Source: Faecalibaculum rodentium
GTDB taxonomy: Bacteria > Bacillota_I > Bacilli_A > Erysipelotrichales > Erysipelotrichaceae
Reading direction: 5' to 3'
Assembly (NCBI RefSeq): GCF_001564455.1
Contig: NZ_CP011391.1
Coordinates: 1,500,001 to 1,532,000 of the forward strand
DNA: 32,000 nt
The notes under the pieces were generated by a model. The model did not search any database, was not told the DNA's origin, and saw only the letters and a list, made by a program, of their open reading frames with translations. How positions within the stretch are numbered: position 1 is the stretch's first letter; each line of letters starts with the position of its first letter. Both the position numbers and the translations under genes were made by a program. Below are positions 16,059 to 25,045 of the stretch, piece by piece.

Positions 16059-16931
16059 TCACTGTGTGAGGGCAAAGCGCAGTTTGCCCATGTGTTCATA
16101 GTTCTCCAGCTTCACGCTGGTGCAGGCGGTGCTGGAATCGAAGTCTTCAAACTCCGTTATGGCCGGGTCGATCCAGAGGGTCGGCGCAGGCTTCGGCTCT
16201 TCCTCCTGCCAGCGGCGGAGCTGTTCCTTCATGCCCTCGACCTGGTCCACGTAGATGTGGGCATCCTTGATGGACCAGTCCATGGTTCCCGGCTCCAGTC
16301 CCGTGACCTGGGCGATCATCATGAGCAGGACGGCATACTGGGCGACGTTGAAAGGCAGGCCCAGGGGGACGTCGCAGCTGCGCTGGTGGACCCACAGGTT
16401 GAGCTTGCCGTCGGTGACATCCCATTCGGTACTCCAGACACAGGGGGGGAGCACGGCGGTGTCAAGTTCGCTTTCCTGCCAGAGGGAAACGACTCTGCGG
16501 CGGTCTTCCGGGTCGTTGCGCAGGCTGTCAATGAGGCGCTGCGGGAGCCGGTATTTGTCCATGACGTAGCCATAGGCGGTGCCGATCGTATGGGCAAAGG
16601 ACGGATCGAAGGACTTCAGGACTTTGCCTGTGTCTTCGTCGATCCACTTCCCTTCTTCGTTGATTTCCCACTTGTCCCAGATGTGGACATTGCGGTCCTG
16701 GAGCCAGCGCACGTCGTTGCTCCGGGCCTGCCAGATCCAGAGGATTTCCAGCACGGCCTGACGGATGAAGAGCTGCTTGGTGGTCAGGGCCGGAAAGCCG
16801 TCTTTAAGGTCAATCCGGAAGTGCCAGGACGGGATCTTGATGGAGTCGGTTCCGGTGCGGTTGTGCACGCGCTGGCCGTGGTCCAGGATTTCCCGGGCCA
16901 GGGTGCAGTACTGATCATCCCAGGCGGGCAT
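16059..16931 (-). CDS. thyA: Thymidylate synthase (ThyA type)
   Basis: The motifs are RTGTDSIKIPSWHFRIDL, RRRVVSLWQ, LPPCVWSTEW and QRSCDVPLGLPFNVAQYA. I trimmed the start to MPAWDDQY, because the longer ORF overlaps the HAD gene in a different frame. Confidence 0.9.
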   Translation of the reverse strand: MPAWDDQYCTLAREILDHGQRVHNRTGTDSIKIPSWHFRIDLKDGFPALTTKQLFIRQAVLEILWIWQARSNDVRWLQDRNVHIWDKWEINEEGKWIDEDTGKVLKSFDPSFAHTIGTAYGYVMDKYRLPQRLIDSLRNDPEDRRRVVSLWQESELDTAVLPPCVWSTEWDVTDGKLNLWVHQRSCDVPLGLPFNVAQYAVLLMMIAQVTGLEPGTMDWSIKDAHIYVDQVEGMKEQLRRWQEEEPKPAPTLWIDPAITEFEDFDSSTACTSVKLENYEHMGKLRFALTQ

Positions 16932-17784
16932 TGGCGTCGTGCTCCAGCCGGTCGGTGTTGGCGGGCAACACCACGTTCTCGACGAAGTGGGCCAGGCCGT
17001 CCTGGTCGTTGGTTTCCTTGAGAACCACATCGGCGATTTTCTTGAGTTCGTCACTGGCGTTGGCCATGGCCACGCCCAGACCCACGGTTTCGATCATGGC
17101 TTCGTCGTTTTCCGCATCGCCGAAGGCCACCACGTGATCCGGGGTGATGCCGTAGTGCTTGCAGGCCTTTTCAATACCGAAGCCCTTGTTGATCCGGGGA
17201 TCCATGTATTCGTAGAGGTTGTCGGCGGTCTGCATGCTGGTGTAGGCGGGATCGGAGAAGGTCGTGGCCCGTTGGCGGACAGCGGGCATGAGTTCCGGGT
17301 CCAGGAAGAGGATCAGCTTGTCGATCTCCCGGCCGGGGAGGAATTCCTGGAGATCCACCTCGTGTTCGTGTTCGCAGAAGAGTTTCGCATGGGCCCTTGT
17401 CTTTTCGGTGGACTTGCTGACAAAGCGGTCATTGCCGAGCATGCACTGGAAGATGACGTCCATGTCCTTGAAGTGCTCCATGATTTCCAGGATCTTGTCG
17501 CCGGAGAGCGGGTAGTATTTGTGTTTGGCTTTGGTGCGCATGTCGTAGAGGGCCCCGCCGTTCATGCCAATGAGGAAGGAAATGTCGTTTTCCAGGCCCC
17601 AGTCATGGACGAGGATCTGGCCGGATTCCACGGGGCGGCCGGAGGCAATGCCAAAGAGGATGCCGCGGTTCTTGAGTTCCCGGAGGACTTTGCGGGTTTC
17701 TGCGCTGACCTGTTTGTGGCTGTCGAGCAGGGTGCCGTCCAGGTCGGTGGCGATCATGGTCACCAGGGGTTGTTCTATGTTCAT
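16915..17784 (-). CDS. HAD-superfamily Cof-type phosphatase
   Basis: The motifs are IATDLDGTLLD, GIASGRP and AFGDAENDEAM. The RBS is GAAAGGAG. Confidence 0.85.
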   Translation of the reverse strand: MNIEQPLVTMIATDLDGTLLDSHKQVSAETRKVLRELKNRGILFGIASGRPVESGQILVHDWGLENDISFLIGMNGGALYDMRTKAKHKYYPLSGDKILEIMEHFKDMDVIFQCMLGNDRFVSKSTEKTRAHAKLFCEHEHEVDLQEFLPGREIDKLILFLDPELMPAVRQRATTFSDPAYTSMQTADNLYEYMDPRINKGFGIEKACKHYGITPDHVVAFGDAENDEAMIETVGLGVAMANASDELKKIADVVLKETNDQDGLAHFVENVVLPANTDRLEHDANARLG

Positions 17785-17949
17785 GAGTTTGGACTCCTTT
17801 CAGTGGTTGTTTGTTTCTATTGTACCATCGACCATGCCAACGTCCGGCATTGCGGAAGGTCCGCAGCGTCGATTTGAGAGAGTGGTTCGGATAAAGCAAG
17901 TGCGGGGTAGGACCCGGCATCGGCATATGATATCTTTGGCTGCATTCAG

Positions 17950-17975
17950 AAAAAACAGCCCGCAAACGCAGGCTG
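17950..17975 (-). terminator. Rho-independent terminator downstream of the aminopeptidase gene
   Basis: On the minus strand the stem is cagcctgc/gcgggctg with loop gttt, followed by TTTTTT. Confidence 0.75.
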
Positions 17976-18101
17976 TATGATTGTTCTTTGAATGGAAGAG
18001 GCTGTCAGTCCCGGAAAAGCACAGGCATTTCCTGACTCCATCAAAGGGAACGAGGCTCAATGTGACGTGTCTGCCGTCCACTGTCATGGCCGGGAAACTG
18101 G

Positions 18102-19499
18102 TCACTCCATATTCTGCAGGAAGGCCAGGCAGGCTTTTTTGGTTTCGTAGAGGTCGGCCTTGGAGCTGACTTCGAAGGGGGCGTGCATGTTCAAAAGGGC
18201 CACGCCGCCGTCAATGACCTGCATTCCGTAGTTGGCGAGCAGGTAGGCAATGGTGCCGCCGCCTCCCAGGTCCACTTTGCCAAGTTCCGACATCTGCCAG
18301 ACGACGTGGTTGTCGTCGAAGACCTTCCGAAGGGCTGCGACGAACTCTGCACTGGCGTCATTGGAGCCGGACTTGCCGCGGCTGCCTGTGTATTTGCCCA
18401 TGGCGAATCCGCCGCCGAGCACAGCCTGGTTGCCATTGGGGCTGGAGGCTGCGGCATAGTTGGGATCGTGGGCTGCGGTGACGTCGTTGGAGAGTGCCGT
18501 GCTGTTCTGCAGGGTGCGGTTGAGGGCCACGAGGGAGTCGTTGCCCTGTGCGTGGAGCAGTTCCGCGACGAGGTTATCGAAGAAGCGGCTCTGCATGCCG
18601 GTGGCACCCACAGACCCGATTTCTTCCTTGTCGGCGAGAATCGTCATGGCGGTGCGCTTGACGGGTCCGCATTCGAGCTGGGCAATGAGGGAAGGATAGG
18701 CACAGGAGCGGTCATCCTGTCCGTAGCCCAGGACCATGGACTTGTCGAGGCCCAGTGTGCGGGCTTTGCCCTGGGGCACGATTTCCAGCTCCGCGGAAAT
18801 GAAGTCCGCTTCGTCAATGCCGTAGGCATCCTTGAGCAGCTTCAGAATATTGGCCTTCACCGCATCCTTTTCCTGTCCCTTTTCGGGAATGGAACCGAAG
18901 AGCACGTTCAGGTCTTCCCCTTCTACGACTTCCGGAGCGGGTTTCTTCATCTGCTCGGCAGCCAGGTGCGGCAGCAGGTCGGTGACAACAAAGACAGGAT
19001 CGTCTTCGTGGTCGCCAATGGCCACATCCATCTGGGTGCCGTCCTTGAGCACGATCACGCCATAGAGGGCCAGGGGCAGTGCGGTCCACTGGTATTTCTT
19101 GATCCCGCCGTAGTAATGGGTGTCCAACAGGCACAGTCCGTCGGCTTCATAGAGCGGTTTGGGTTTCAGGTCCAGGCGCGGGGAGTCAATGTGGGCACAG
19201 AGAATGTTCATGCCCTGTTCCAGCGGATTGCTGCCGAGCTGCACCAGGGCAATGGCCTTGCCCATCATGTTGAACCAGACTTTGTCGCCGGCTTTCAGGG
19301 TCTCGTGGTTGAAGATCACCTCATTCATGTCGCGGTAACCAAATCCCCTGGCCAGGGCAATGGCCTGGTCCACCACACGTCGTTCGGTTTTCCCTTCGGA
19401 AATAAACTGCATGTAGTTGTCGGCGAATGTCATGACGGTATCGAGCTGTTCGGGTGTATAGGTGTCCCAGGCGGTTTTCGCGGGTGTTTCCTTTGTCAT
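18102..19499 (-). CDS. M18-family aminopeptidase
   Basis: At 465 aa it has the family-typical layout: N-terminal ...FISEGKTERR, then CAHIDSPRLDLKP, GYGQDDRSC, DKEEIGS, and a C-terminal MHAPFE. Confidence 0.8.
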   Translation of the reverse strand: MTKETPAKTAWDTYTPEQLDTVMTFADNYMQFISEGKTERRVVDQAIALARGFGYRDMNEVIFNHETLKAGDKVWFNMMGKAIALVQLGSNPLEQGMNILCAHIDSPRLDLKPKPLYEADGLCLLDTHYYGGIKKYQWTALPLALYGVIVLKDGTQMDVAIGDHEDDPVFVVTDLLPHLAAEQMKKPAPEVVEGEDLNVLFGSIPEKGQEKDAVKANILKLLKDAYGIDEADFISAELEIVPQGKARTLGLDKSMVLGYGQDDRSCAYPSLIAQLECGPVKRTAMTILADKEEIGSVGATGMQSRFFDNLVAELLHAQGNDSLVALNRTLQNSTALSNDVTAAHDPNYAAASSPNGNQAVLGGGFAMGKYTGSRGKSGSNDASAEFVAALRKVFDDNHVVWQMSELGKVDLGGGGTIAYLLANYGMQVIDGGVALLNMHAPFEVSSKADLYETKKACLAFLQNME

Positions 19500-19505
19500 T
19501 GGTTG

Positions 19506-20270
19506 TCAGTCCTCCAGTCTGTCATACAGCTTCCGGGACAGGTCCAGCTTGTCCGGGTCGCTGTTTCTGAATTCTATTTTACCACCGGCGTCATTGAGAC
19601 TGCCGGCGAGCACATCCTTCAGGTGCCTGGCAGTACCCCGGTTGCCGTCTATGAATGTGACGTTGGGGAACAGCTGCTGCAGGCGGTCTTTGTAGAAGAC
19701 AAAGTGGGTGCAGCCCAGGACCACAGCATCCGGGTGATCCGACCGGGTCATGCAGTCCTGCAGGACCTGGTCCACGGTGTCGGTCTTGTCCAGCCGGTCC
19801 TGCTCCACGAGCTCCACGAGTCTGGGACAGGGCACTCGGGTGACGGGGATGTCCTTTCCCCATTTGTCCATGAGGTCCTGAAACTTCTTCTCCTTGAGGG
19901 TGAGATCCGTGGCCCACACCGCAATGCGTCTGTTGGTGTGCTGGTCCACGGCGACTTTCAGGGCCGGCTCCATTCCAATGATGGGGATGTCATACTTGGC
20001 CCGCAGGTATGGAACGGCGGCACTGGTGGCGGTGTTGCAGGCTATGACAATGGCTTTGCATCCGGCATCCACGAGCTGCGCACAGATGGCATCCGACAGG
20101 TCCCGGATGGTGTCTTTGTCTTTGGTGCCATAGGGGTTGTTGGCGCTGTCCCCGAAGTAGACCAGGTCTTCAGCCGGCAGTTCTTTATATACTTCATGCA
20201 GGACGCTGATGCCGCCCAGTCCGGAATCGAAGAGTCCGATGGGGTCCTGCTTTCTGTTTCTGGTAGTCAT
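19506..20270 (-). CDS. murI: Glutamate racemase
   Basis: The motifs are IGLFDSGLGGISV, VIACNTATSAA and LGCTHFVF. Confidence 0.9.
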   Translation of the reverse strand: MTTRNRKQDPIGLFDSGLGGISVLHEVYKELPAEDLVYFGDSANNPYGTKDKDTIRDLSDAICAQLVDAGCKAIVIACNTATSAAVPYLRAKYDIPIIGMEPALKVAVDQHTNRRIAVWATDLTLKEKKFQDLMDKWGKDIPVTRVPCPRLVELVEQDRLDKTDTVDQVLQDCMTRSDHPDAVVLGCTHFVFYKDRLQQLFPNVTFIDGNRGTARHLKDVLAGSLNDAGGKIEFRNSDPDKLDLSRKLYDRLED

Positions 20271-20312
20271 CGGATTTATTGTACAACAGGGCTCAAGGAC
20301 GGGACAGGATGT

Positions 20313-20338
20313 AAAAAACAGAGAGCCGAAACTCTCTG
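20313..20338 (-). terminator. Rho-independent terminator after the 43-codon ORF
   Basis: On the minus strand the stem is cagagag/ctctctg with loop tttcgg, followed by TTTTTTA. Confidence 0.7.
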
Positions 20339-20404
20339 CGTGCTTTGCTGTCCACTTTGGGGATGCGGTCCGCCTTTCCTGAAATCAGTCGTCAGTTGTC
20401 ATAG

Positions 20405-20536
20405 TCAGCTGCTGGAATCCTTAAAATCGGAAAGATCGACTGGCTCAGATACTTTTCCCGACTTGCAGTTGCGAACAGCCTGATCCATTTCCCTAAGTGT
20501 CCGTTCCGAAATCTCTTTGGGCCTGGTTATTTCCAT
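20405..20536 (-). CDS. Small ORF (43 aa) of unknown function, absent from the ORF track because it is under 60 aa
   Basis: The product is MEITRPKEISERTLREMDQAVRNCKSGKVSEPVDLSDFKDSSS. A strong RBS (AAAGGAGA) lies 8 nt upstream, it has its own terminator, and a palindromic operator-like site sits just upstream. Confidence 0.45.
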   Translation of the reverse strand: MEITRPKEISERTLREMDQAVRNCKSGKVSEPVDLSDFKDSSS

Positions 20537-20554
20537 GCGGGTGTCTCCTTTGAA

Positions 20555-20568
20555 GTGGGATATCCCAC
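20555..20568. promoter_or_regulatory. Perfect 14-bp palindrome GTGGGATATCCCAC, an operator candidate
   Basis: It is an exact dyad lying 18 nt upstream of the small-ORF start codon, abutting its RBS. Confidence 0.45.
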
Positions 20569-20689
20569 ACTCCTAAAATACCAGATTCTAATCATTGTCG
20601 CCTTTTTTGTATTTTTCCAGCTGGCCGACAGCTGTTATGAAGAAAATACCGCTGGAGCTGACAAATCTGCTGTAAAACCTGCCATACAC

Positions 20690-20729
20690 AAAATGCGGAC
20701 CCGGCGATCACCTGCCGGGTCCGTTTTTT
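20690..20729. terminator. Bidirectional hairpin terminator at the end of the his operon
   Basis: The 10-bp stem cggacccggc/gccgggtccg starts immediately after the hisE stop. It is flanked by TTTTTT on the plus strand and cATTTTgtg on the minus strand. Confidence 0.75.
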
Positions 20730-21053
20730 CTAGTAGTTGGTGACAGGCTTTCGTTCTGCCTTCAGGTTGTGCTTCTTGCCGCTGCGGCGTTCCAGCTCCG
20801 CGGAGATCTCCTCCAGCGTGATGCCTTTTTCCACCATCAGCACGACCATGTGGTAGAACAGGTCGCCGAATTCGTTGATCAGGTCCTCTTTGGACTGGGA
20901 CAGGCTGGCAATGATCACCTCGGTGCATTCCTCGCCGACCTTCTTCAGGATCTTCTCCTCGCCCTTTCCAAACAGGTAGCTGGTGTAGCTCCCTTCCTCG
21001 GGACTGGCCTTGCGGTCCAGCACCGTTTCATACAGTACGTTCAGTTCTTCCAT
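20730..21053 (-). CDS. hisE: Phosphoribosyl-ATP pyrophosphatase
   Basis: [28 protein letters not shown]...[13 protein letters not shown] is a MazG-like HisE sequence. Confidence 0.9.
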   Translation of the reverse strand: MEELNVLYETVLDRKASPEEGSYTSYLFGKGEEKILKKVGEECTEVIIASLSQSKEDLINEFGDLFYHMVVLMVEKGITLEEISAELERRSGKKHNLKAERKPVTNY

Positions 21054-21370
21054 TCCATTTCCTCCAGGACCCGGTAAAAGCAGCTGCGGTGACCCGTATG
21101 GCAGGCGGCTCCGTCCTGGTGGACTTTCACCAGCAGGGTGTCTTCGTCACAGTCATAGCGGATTTCCTGCACGTGCTGGAAGTGTCCGCTGGTTTCTCCC
21201 TTGCACCACAGCTCCTGTCGGGACCGGCTCCAGTAGGTGGCCAGCCCTGTTTCCAGGGTCTTTTTCAGGCTTTCCTCGTTCATGTATCCCAGCATCAGCA
21301 CTTCGCCGTTGTCCGCGTCCTGCACAATGGCCGGGATCAGTCCGTTTCCTTTTGCGAAGTCCAGTGTCAT
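21041..21370 (-). CDS. hisI: Phosphoribosyl-AMP cyclohydrolase
   Basis: [25 protein letters not shown]...[19 protein letters not shown]...DCDEDTLL...GAACHTG. Confidence 0.9.
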   Translation of the reverse strand: MTLDFAKGNGLIPAIVQDADNGEVLMLGYMNEESLKKTLETGLATYWSRSRQELWCKGETSGHFQHVQEIRYDCDEDTLLVKVHQDGAACHTGHRSCFYRVLEEMEWKN

Positions 21371-22125
21371 GGCCGGACCTCGATGTTTCTTTCTTTCAGG
21401 TAGTCCTTCACGTCCTGGACCGTCAGTTCGTGGTAGTGAAAAAGACTGGCAGCCAAGGCGGCATCTGCCGCATCTTCTTCAAAGACTTCGGCGAAGTGCG
21501 CCAGGCTGCCGCACCCGCCGGAAGCAATCACCGGAACCGGGACGGCGTTTCGCACCGCTTTGCACAGTTCAATGTCGAAACCCTGTTTTGTGCCATCCGC
21601 ATCCATGCTTGTGAGCAGGATCTCCCCGGCGCCCAGGGCCACGGCTTCCTGGACCCACTCCAGGACATCCTTGCCGGTGTCGATCCGGCCGCCGTTGATC
21701 ACCGCATGCCAGGATCCGTCTTCCTGCTTTTTCGCATCCACCGCCAGGACGATGCACTGGTTGCCGAACATTTCGGCCCCCTGCCGGATCAGGTCCGGGT
21801 CGCGCAGGGCGGAGGAATTCAGGCTCACCTTGTCGGCCCCTGCCCGCAGCATGCGCTTCATGTCCTCCAGGGTGCGGATCCCGCCGCCCACGGTAAACGG
21901 GATGCAGATCTGCCGGGCCACGTTTTCCACCACGTTCACCATGGTGTCGCGTCCTTCATGGGTTGCGGTGATGTCCAGGAACACGAGCTCATCGGCCCCC
22001 TGGTCGTAGTATTCCCTGGCCAGGGTCTCCGGGTCACCCACTTCTTTGATGCCCACAAAGTTGATGCCCTTGACGACTTTGCCGTCGCGGACATCCAGGC
22101 AGGGAATGATGCGTTTACTCAGCAT
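21367..22125 (-). CDS. hisF: Imidazole glycerol phosphate synthase, cyclase subunit
   Basis: [20 protein letters not shown]...[10 protein letters not shown]...PFTVGGGIR...ASGGCG. Confidence 0.95.
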   Translation of the reverse strand: MLSKRIIPCLDVRDGKVVKGINFVGIKEVGDPETLAREYYDQGADELVFLDITATHEGRDTMVNVVENVARQICIPFTVGGGIRTLEDMKRMLRAGADKVSLNSSALRDPDLIRQGAEMFGNQCIVLAVDAKKQEDGSWHAVINGGRIDTGKDVLEWVQEAVALGAGEILLTSMDADGTKQGFDIELCKAVRNAVPVPVIASGGCGSLAHFAEVFEEDAADAALAASLFHYHELTVQDVKDYLKERNIEVRP

Positions 22126-22843
22126 CCTTTGCGGTCTTCAGCGCCTCTTCCAGGTCCAGGGTGCCCGCATAGAGGGACTTGCCTGTCACAGCGCCATACA
22201 GGCCCAGGTTCTTCAGGGACTCGATGTTTCCCAGGTCGCGCACGCCGCCGGAGGCCACGATGTCCAGGTTCACGGCTTTCTTCAGGTGGTCCAGCATTTC
22301 CAGGTTCGGTCCCGACAGGGTGCCGTCACGGGAGATGTCGGTGAAGATGATCGTCTTCACGCCCAGGCGTTCCAGCACGCGGGCAAACTCCGTGTAGTAG
22401 AGGTTGGAAGTCTGGGTCCAGCCGGTGGTGCACACATAGCCGTCCTTGCAGTCCAGGCCCACGACGATCCGGTCACCGTACTTGTTCACCGCGGAGCGCA
22501 GGAAGTTGGGATCGGAAATGGCCTTGGTGCCCAGGATCACGCGGTTCACGCCGTGCGTCAGGTAGTAGTCAATGTCTTCCATGGTGCGGATGCCGCCGCC
22601 TACTTCCACCGGCACGTCCACCGCATTGGCGACTTCGCAGATCAGCTCGCCGTTGATCCGGCCGCCGTCCTTGGCGCCGTTCAGGTCCACGAGGTGAATG
22701 TAGTCGGCGCCCTTTTCGGCAAAGCGTTTTGCGAGAGTCTTGACATCGGCACCGTCACCCACGCTTTCAGCTTTGGCGTAGTCGCCCTGGTACATGCGGA
22801 CGGGGTTGCCGTTGAGGATATCGATTGCGGGTAAAATGATCAT
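22115..22843 (-). CDS. hisA: ProFAR isomerase
   Basis: [22 protein letters not shown]...HLVDLNGA...VEVGGGIR...[14 protein letters not shown]. Confidence 0.95.
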   Translation of the reverse strand: MIILPAIDILNGNPVRMYQGDYAKAESVGDGADVKTLAKRFAEKGADYIHLVDLNGAKDGGRINGELICEVANAVDVPVEVGGGIRTMEDIDYYLTHGVNRVILGTKAISDPNFLRSAVNKYGDRIVVGLDCKDGYVCTTGWTQTSNLYYTEFARVLERLGVKTIIFTDISRDGTLSGPNLEMLDHLKKAVNLDIVASGGVRDLGNIESLKNLGLYGAVTGKSLYAGTLDLEEALKTAKDAE

Positions 22844-23445
22844 GATTGCATTTCCTTTCCAAAATATGACAGGATCTTCAGCCCTGTCTCGCCGCTCTTT
22901 TCCGGATGGAACTGACAGGCCAGCAGGCTGCCCTTTCCGGTCAGTCCCGGGATCGTGTATTTCCCGTGGCGGGAAACGCCCAGGATGGTGTCCGGATCCA
23001 GGTCACATCCGTAATAGGAGTGGTCGTAATACACATACGGGTGATCCCCCAGGATGTCCTTCAGGGGATGATCCGGCGCCACCTCCAGCTCGTTCCAGCC
23101 GATGTGCGGCACCCGGATGGCGGGGTCTTCCATCTTCTCGAAATGCCCCGGCATCAGGCCCAGGCACTGGACGCCGCCGTTTTCGGCGCTGTCTTCAAAG
23201 AAGGCCTGCATGCCCAGGCAGATCCCGAGCAGCGGTTTGGTCTGCGCCCTGAGCCACGAGTCCAGCCCGGCTTCCTTCAGCGCCTTCATGCAGTCCTGCA
23301 TGGCCCCCACCCCTGGCAGGATGAGGCGGTCGCACTGGTCGAGGACCTGGCTGTCGCTGGAAATCACGTGGTCGAGCCCCAGGTGATCCAGGGCGTTTTC
23401 CACGCTGCGCAGGTTGCCCATGCCGTAGTCAATGATCCCGATCAT
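22840..23445 (-). CDS. hisH: Imidazole glycerol phosphate synthase, glutaminase subunit
   Basis: I trimmed the start to MIGIIDYGMGNLRSVENAL, which makes an ATGA overlap with the hisB stop. The motifs are GICLGMQ and VPHIGWN...ACQFHPEKS. Confidence 0.9.
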   Translation of the reverse strand: MIGIIDYGMGNLRSVENALDHLGLDHVISSDSQVLDQCDRLILPGVGAMQDCMKALKEAGLDSWLRAQTKPLLGICLGMQAFFEDSAENGGVQCLGLMPGHFEKMEDPAIRVPHIGWNELEVAPDHPLKDILGDHPYVYYDHSYYGCDLDPDTILGVSRHGKYTIPGLTGKGSLLACQFHPEKSGETGLKILSYFGKEMQS

Positions 23446-24026
23446 TCCAGGACTCCCTTGGAGCTTGGCACCGCATTCCCTTCGATCTTGACCGCCGCCT
23501 TGAGGGCACGTCCCAGGGCCTTGAACACCGCTTCGATTTTGTGGTGGTCGTTGGTGCCGTAGCAAACATTGACATGCAGGGTGATTCCCGCATTGAAGGC
23601 GAAAGCCCGCAGGAATTCTTCCAGCATCTCGCAGGAGAACGTCCCGATGGAGTCCCTGCTCAGACTACAATTATAAACCAGATAGGGGCGTCCCGAAATG
23701 TCAAGGGTTACATTTGCGAGGGTTTCATCCATCGGCAGCTGAAAACTGCCGTAGCGGGCAATCCCCCGCCTGTCGCCCAGGACCTCGCGGAAGAGCTGAC
23801 CCAGCACGATTCCGATGTCTTCAATGGTGTGGTGGTCGTCCACATCCAGGTCTCCGTCGGCCTTGACAATGAGCCCGAAGCCGGAGTGAAAGGCCAGCAG
23901 CTGCAGCATGTGGTCGAAGAATCCCACGCCGGTTGCCACGCTGCAGGTCCCGTCCGGATCATCCAGGTCCATCCAGCAGTAAATGTCGGTTTCCCCGGTC
24001 TGTCGTCTCAGTTCAGCATTGCGCAT
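23442..24026 (-). CDS. hisB: Imidazoleglycerol-phosphate dehydratase
   Basis: RQTGETDI...GVGFFDHML...DDHHTIEDIGI...NDHHKIEAVFKALGRAL. It is monofunctional, with no phosphatase domain. Confidence 0.95.
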   Translation of the reverse strand: MRNAELRRQTGETDIYCWMDLDDPDGTCSVATGVGFFDHMLQLLAFHSGFGLIVKADGDLDVDDHHTIEDIGIVLGQLFREVLGDRRGIARYGSFQLPMDETLANVTLDISGRPYLVYNCSLSRDSIGTFSCEMLEEFLRAFAFNAGITLHVNVCYGTNDHHKIEAVFKALGRALKAAVKIEGNAVPSSKGVLE

Positions 24027-25045
24027 CAGTCTGTCCCCTTTCTTTCTGTCGGTGTCAGTTCCCGTATCGCTGCCAATACCTGGTCGTTTTCTTCCGGCAG
24101 GCCAATGGTGATCCGGATCTGGTCTTTGCCCGGCCAGGTGCGGACAATGATCCCGGCTTTCTCCAGCCCCTGTCCCAGGGCTTCCATGCCCTCGCCCTGC
24201 AGAAACAGGAAGTTCGCCCCCGAGGGCTGCACCGGCAGGTTCATGTCCTTCAGGGCTTCATAGAGCCTGTCACGCTCCGTGCAGATCCGGTCGATGCGGT
24301 CTTTCGCCGCATCCGCCATCTGCAGCAGGACCGTTCCCGCTGCCTGGGTGAAGGCATTCACGCCATAGGGCACTTTGTAGGGCCGGATGTTTCTCATGTT
24401 CCGGTCGGAGGTCACGAGAAATCCCAGCCGCAGGCCGGCTGCTCCCAGTGCCTTGGAGAGGGTGCGGGTCACGTAGAGGTTGTCCCAATCCTCGATTTCA
24501 TCCAGCATGCTCTGGTCGCTGAAGTCCATGTAGGCTTCATCCACCACCACCGGGGTATCGGGCAGAGCTGCCAGGATCTGGCGGATCTGTTCTCTGGACA
24601 GGGTCAAGCCTGTGGGGTTGTTGGGGTTGGAAATCACCACCAGTCCGGCGTCCCGGCCTGCTGCGCTCAGCGCCTGGATGTCTCCCACGGGCACTTTGCG
24701 GATTTCGGCTTCCTGCATCGACGCATAGTAGTCGTACATGGAGAAATCCGGGTCCCAGGTGACAAGAGGCTTGTCCCGGCTGGTGAAGAGCCCGATCATG
24801 AGCCCGAGCATCGCATCCGAACCGTTGCCTGCGAGCACCTGTGACGGCTGCAGCCCGGCCCAGGCGGCATAGGCCTGATGCAGGGCGGTGCAGTCATCAT
24901 CCGGGTACCGGTTGAAGGCCATGGCATCCAGCGCCTGATGGATCCGGTCCATCACCTCAGAACTGAAGCCTTCGCTGGCTTCATTGGCGTTGAGCAGCAG
25001 GCCGCCGGTCTGCCTCGCTTCGTAAAGTTCGATGTCCCGCATCAC
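24026..25045 (-). CDS. hisC: Histidinol-phosphate aminotransferase
   Basis: This is a class II aminotransferase: LNANE, NRYPD, SNPNNPTG, VVVDEAY and TLSKALGAAGLRLG. Confidence 0.9.
   Translation of the reverse strand: MMRDIELYEARQTGGLLLNANEASEGFSSEVMDRIHQALDAMAFNRYPDDDCTALHQAYAAWAGLQPSQVLAGNGSDAMLGLMIGLFTSRDKPLVTWDPDFSMYDYYASMQEAEIRKVPVGDIQALSAAGRDAGLVVISNPNNPTGLTLSREQIRQILAALPDTPVVVDEAYMDFSDQSMLDEIEDWDNLYVTRTLSKALGAAGLRLGFLVTSDRNMRNIRPYKVPYGVNAFTQAAGTVLLQMADAAKDRIDRICTERDRLYEALKDMNLPVQPSGANFLFLQGEGMEALGQGLEKAGIIVRTWPGKDQIRITIGLPEENDQVLAAIRELTPTERKGTD

Noticed and set aside
16932-17054. N-terminal extensions of thyA (to 17054), hisH (to 23565), hisZ (to 28228), signal peptidase (to 10939), major pilin (to 3752) and the cytidylate-kinase-like gene (to 14777).
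   Set aside because: The extensions overlap upstream genes or leader RNA and lack an RBS. Internal starts give canonical N-termini, RBSs and ATGA-type coupling.
17785-18101. A possible riboswitch (THF or ZTP type) in the 317-bp region upstream of the HAD-thyA-folA operon.
   Set aside because: I could not find the conserved cores of either class. The region is explained by the aminopeptidase terminator (17950-17975) plus a promoter and RBS for the HAD gene. It should still be scanned with Rfam.
18183-20483. A 766-aa plus-strand ORF spanning the aminopeptidase and murI region.
   Set aside because: It is antisense to two well-supported minus-strand genes and runs straight across their intergenic gap. 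It has Gly/Val/Ala/His-rich low-complexity composition, no RBS and no recognisable motif. This is the typical stop-poor antisense frame of GC-rich coding DNA.
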